This document shows positions 28,898 through 32,000 of a stretch of DNA of 32,000 nucleotides, one piece after another. The stretch is from NCBI RefSeq assembly GCF_000023205.1, contig NC_012803.1, positions 2,010,001-2,042,000 of the forward strand, read 5' to 3'. The position numbers and the translations under genes were made by a program. Source of the DNA: Micrococcus luteus NCTC 2665. Its GTDB lineage: Bacteria > Actinomycetota > Actinomycetes > Actinomycetales > Micrococcaceae. Below the pieces are notes generated by a model. The model saw only the letters and a list, made by a program, of their open reading frames with translations, made no database searches and had not been told where the DNA came from. The first letter of the stretch is position 1. Every line of letters starts with the position of its first letter.

Positions 28898-29406
28898 CCC
28901 GACCGGCGCTCATCGGCCTGGACGGCCGCTCGGGGTCGGGCAAGACCGTCCTCGCCGCCGCGCTCGCGGCCCGGATCGCGCCGTTCGCGCGCGTCGAGGT
29001 GATCGAGATCGAGTCCATGTACCAGGGCTGGGACGGGCTGGCCGCCGCGGTGGGCGACGACGGCCCCTACCCGGCCGTCGTGCGCGCACTGCGGGAGGGC
29101 GGCACGGCGACCTGGACCACGTGGGACTGGCAGCGCGCCGCACCCGGCCCGCCGCGGGGGACCGCACCGGCCGACGTCGTGGTGTGCGAAGGCGTGGGCG
29201 CGCTCAGCACCGCCGCCCGACCGCTGCTCGACCTGGCGGTGTGGCTCGAGCTCGAGACCCCCGCGCGACGCACGCGGGCGCTGGCCCGGGACGGTGAGAC
29301 CTTCGCCCCGCACTGGGACCGCTGGGCCGCACAGGAGGAGGACTACCTGGCCCGGCACGCCCCGCGTACCGCGGCGGACCTGGTCCTGCGCCTGCCCTCC
29401 GCCTGA
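28894..29406 (+). CDS. P-loop NTPase, uridine-kinase/nucleoside-kinase-like
   Basis: The GTG overlaps the MarR stop (GTGA). Walker A GLDGRSGSGKT near the N-terminus. 170 aa. Confidence 0.7.
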   Translation: MTRPALIGLDGRSGSGKTVLAAALAARIAPFARVEVIEIESMYQGWDGLAAAVGDDGPYPAVVRALREGGTATWTTWDWQRAAPGPPRGTAPADVVVCEGVGALSTAARPLLDLAVWLELETPARRTRALARDGETFAPHWDRWAAQEEDYLARHAPRTAADLVLRLPSA

Positions 29407-29561
29407 CGGCGGCGCCGCCCGGGGTCCGGGCGTTGGGGGTCTGCGTGCGGGCCGGCCGGGCACCGGGACCGGAGCGGTGCGCTCCGCTTAGGTGTAGCAT
29501 CGGAGGCGGCGCGCCGCGTCCGGCCGCGTCCCACCCCAGCGCACGGAGACCTCCCCTTCCC

Positions 29562-32000
29562 ATGGCGACACTGCTCTACCGTCTCGGCCTCGGCGCCGCC
29601 CGCCGCCCCCTCCTCGTGATCCTCGCCTGGGTGCTCGCCCTGGCTCTCGCCGTCGGCGGGTTCCTCGTCTTCGGCGGCACGCTCTCCTCCACCGTCACCA
29701 TCCCCGGCACGCCCACCGCCCAGGTCACGGACCGCCTCAAGGAGGAGTTCCCCGAGGCCTCCCGCGGCAGGGGCCAGGTCGTGTTCACCACCGAGGACGG
29801 CTCCCCCCTGACCGACGCCCAGCGCGAGCAGATCACCGCCCTGCTGGACGACGTCGCCGAACAGGAGGCCGTGGAGGGCGTCGTGGACCCGTTCGAGGCC
29901 CAGGCCCAGCAGGACGACGCCCGCACCCGGCTCGACGAGGGCCGCACCGAGCTGGCCGACGGCGAGCAGCGACTCGCGGACGGACGCCAGGAGATCGAGG
30001 ACGGCCGGGCCGAGCTCGAGCGGCGCACGGCCGAGGCCGACGCGGGCGAGCAGCGTCTCGCCGAGGCCGCCGCCCAGCTGGACGAGGGGCAGGCCACGCT
30101 CGACGCCGCGCGCGCCGACCTCGAGGAGCGCGGCCTGGAGGCCCTGCCGACCGACGCCCTGGCCCCGCTCCGGGAGGCCGAGCAGCAGGTGGCCGACGGC
30201 CAGGAGCAGCTCGACGCCGGCCGCGCCGAGCTCGAGGAGCAGGCGGAGCGCCTCGAGGCCGGCCAGGCCGAGATCGACGCACAGCGGCAGGAGCTCGAGG
30301 CCGGGCAGGCCGAGCTCGGCGACCGGTGGACCGAGCTCGAGGCCGGGCAGGCCGAGCTCGACGCCCAGGCCGAGCGGCTGGCCGCGGGCCGCGCCGAGCT
30401 CGAGCAGGCCCGGGACGCCGCGCTGGCCGAGGCCGAGGCCGCCGGCATCCCGGCGGAGCAGGTCGCCGCGCAGTTCGCCGACCAGGAGGCGCAGCTCGCC
30501 GCCGGCGAGGCACAGCTGGCGGCCGGTCAGGACCAGGCCGACGCCGCCCGCGCGCAGCTGGAGGCCGCCCAGGCCGAGGCCGACGCGGGCGCCGAACAGC
30601 TCGCGGCCGCCCAGGCGGAGGCCGACGACGGCGCCGCCCGACTCGCCGCCGGCCGGCAGCAGCTGCAGGAGTCCGAGGCCGAGCTCGAGGCCGGCCGCGA
30701 GCAGGTGGCCGCGGGACGGCAGCAGGCCCTGGACGCTGCCGAGGCCGAGCTCGACGCGCAGCAGCAGAAGATCGACGAGGGCCGGGCCGAGTACGAGCGC
30801 GGCGTCGCCGAGCTCGAGGACGGCCGGGCCCAGCTGGCCGCCGGCGCGGACCGCCTGGACCAGGCCGAGGCCGACCTCGCCGACGGCCGCGCCGAGCTGG
30901 ACGACGGCCGCGTGGAGGCCGAGCGCGGCGAGCGCACCCTGGCCCTCGCGGAGGACTTCCGCACCGTGTCCGAGGACGGCAGCACCGCCGTCGGGATCGT
31001 CACCTTCACCACGCCGACCCTGGACGTCACCGCCGAGGACAAGGAGGCGGTCACCGGCGCCCTCACCGGCGCGGACATCGACGGCGTCGCCGTGCATCCG
31101 TCCCAGGAGCTCAACGCCACCGTGCCCTCCCTGCTCGGCCCGGGCGAGGTCGTGGGCCTCGTGGTCGCCGCGATCGTGCTGGTGGTCATGCTCGGCACCC
31201 TCGTGGGCGCGGGTCTGCCGCTGGTCAACGCGCTGGTGGGCGTGGGCGTGGGCGCCGCCGGGGCGCTCGCGTTCTCCTCCGCCGTGGAGATGATCTCCGT
31301 GACCCCGGTGCTCGGGGTGATGCTGGGCCTGGCCGTGGGCATCGACTACGCGCTGTTCATCGTCAACCGGCACCGCCAGGAGCTGCGTCGCGGCACGGGC
31401 CTGCACGAGTCGATCGCGCTGGCCACCGGCACCTCCGGCAACGCCGTGGTGTTCGCCGGCGTGACCGTGGTGATCGCCCTCGCGGCCCTGAACGTCACCG
31501 GCATCGGCTTCCTGGGCCTGATGGGCACGGTGGGCGCGGTGTGCGTGGCCGTCGCCGTGCTCGTGGCGATCACCCTGACCCCGGCCCTGCTGGCCCTGGC
31601 CGGCCCGCGCGTGCTCTCGCGCCGGGAGCGCGCCCGGCTCGCCGACACCTCCCCGGCCGTCGGCGAGGGCGCCCACGCCGTGCGCCGCGCCCACCGCCGC
31701 GCCACGCTGTCCACGCCGACCGCCCTCGCCACGGCGCTCGCCTCCGTGGCCCTGCTCGTCCTCGTGGCGGTGCCGTTCTGGTCCATGCGCCTGGGCCTGC
31801 CGGACGGCGGCTCCGAGCCCGAGGGCTCGGACTCCCAGCTCGCCTACGCGCTCACGGCCGAGAGGTTCGGCGAGGGCTACAACGGCCCGCTCGTGGTCAC
31901 CGTGGACCTGCCCGCCGGCCTGGACGAGGGGCGTGCCACGGACGTCCAGCTCGACGTCGGCGAGCAGCTGGTCGCCCTCGACCACGCGCACGCCGTGGTG
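29562..32000 (+). CDS. MMPL family transporter with a large coiled-coil insertion, 3' end outside the window
   Basis: Hand translation from the ATG at 29562 (frame 0) runs without a stop to the window edge. It reads MATLLYRLGLGAARRPLLVILAWVLALALAVGGF..., then ~350 aa of heptads, then the MMPL core (GIDYALFIVNRHRQEL). This ORF is absent from the track only because it has no stop in the window. Confidence 0.85.
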   Translation, partial: MATLLYRLGLGAARRPLLVILAWVLALALAVGGFLVFGGTLSSTVTIPGTPTAQVTDRLKEEFPEASRGRGQVVFTTEDGSPLTDAQREQITALLDDVAEQEAVEGVVDPFEAQAQQDDARTRLDEGRTELADGEQRLADGRQEIEDGRAELERRTAEADAGEQRLAEAAAQLDEGQATLDAARADLEERGLEALPTDALAPLREAEQQVADGQEQLDAGRAELEEQAERLEAGQAEIDAQRQELEAGQAELGDRWTELEAGQAELDAQAERLAAGRAELEQARDAALAEAEAAGIPAEQVAAQFADQEAQLAAGEAQLAAGQDQADAARAQLEAAQAEADAGAEQLAAAQAEADDGAARLAAGRQQLQESEAELEAGREQVAAGRQQALDAAEAELDAQQQKIDEGRAEYERGVAELEDGRAQLAAGADRLDQAEADLADGRAELDDGRVEAERGERTLALAEDFRTVSEDGSTAVGIVTFTTPTLDVTAEDKEAVTGALTGADIDGVAVHPSQELNATVPSLLGPGEVVGLVVAAIVLVVMLGTLVGAGLPLVNALVGVGVGAAGALAFSSAVEMISVTPVLGVMLGLAVGIDYALFIVNRHRQELRRGTGLHESIALATGTSGNAVVFAGVTVVIALAALNVTGIGFLGLMGTVGAVCVAVAVLVAITLTPALLALAGPRVLSRRERARLADTSPAVGEGAHAVRRAHRRATLSTPTALATALASVALLVLVAVPFWSMRLGLPDGGSEPEGSDSQLAYALTAERFGEGYNGPLVVTVDLPAGLDEGRATDVQLDVGEQLVALDHAHAVV
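30291..30360 (+). repeat. 28-bp perfect direct repeat with 42-bp period inside the coiled-coil coding region
   Basis: GAGCTCGAGGCCGGGCAGGCCGAGCTCG occurs at 30291-30318 and again at 30333-30360 (encoding ELEAGQAEL twice). Confidence 0.8.

Overview
This is a high-GC actinobacterial chromosomal window; gene order and codon bias look Micrococcales-like. All calls come from reading the sequence and ORF track, with protein families recognised from motifs by memory. No database search was run.

Most of the window is core housekeeping:
- A purine block: a small membrane protein, purF and purM, chained by GTGA start/stop overlaps.
- A DUF3073 small protein coupled to a Sir2 deacetylase.
- clpB, a YihY/BrkB membrane protein and a polar amino-acid ABC transporter (binding protein, permease, ATPase).
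- DedA, trmB and two lipoproteins with low-complexity tails.
- The complete HspR heat-shock operon dnaK-grpE-dnaJ-hspR, with HAIR operators upstream of dnaK and clpB.
- A divergent dps.
- A MarR/P-loop kinase pair flanked by two MMPL transporters.

Three places look non-core:
1. About 24.6-26.3 kb: a 1,436-bp lower-GC cassette sits between two direct copies of the 3' end of an MMPL gene, which share a 120-bp perfect core. It has its own promoter-like TTGACA, two foreign-codon ORFs and its own terminator. The ORFs are a signal-peptide protein with a hydrophobic 4-Cys C-terminus and a small 4-TM protein. This is my best candidate for an undescribed system: a Campbell-type micro-island carrying a possible secreted peptide plus immunity pair.
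2. About 3.64-4.92 kb: a DUF559/AbiEi-like gene is exactly bracketed by a perfect 32-bp tandem array and an inverted copy of the same unit. It sits between purM and the Sir2 gene.
3. About 29.9-30.95 kb: a roughly 350-aa xxxLxxG heptad coiled-coil is inserted in the first outer loop of the second MMPL.

The many long ORFs antisense to real genes are high-GC artefacts.
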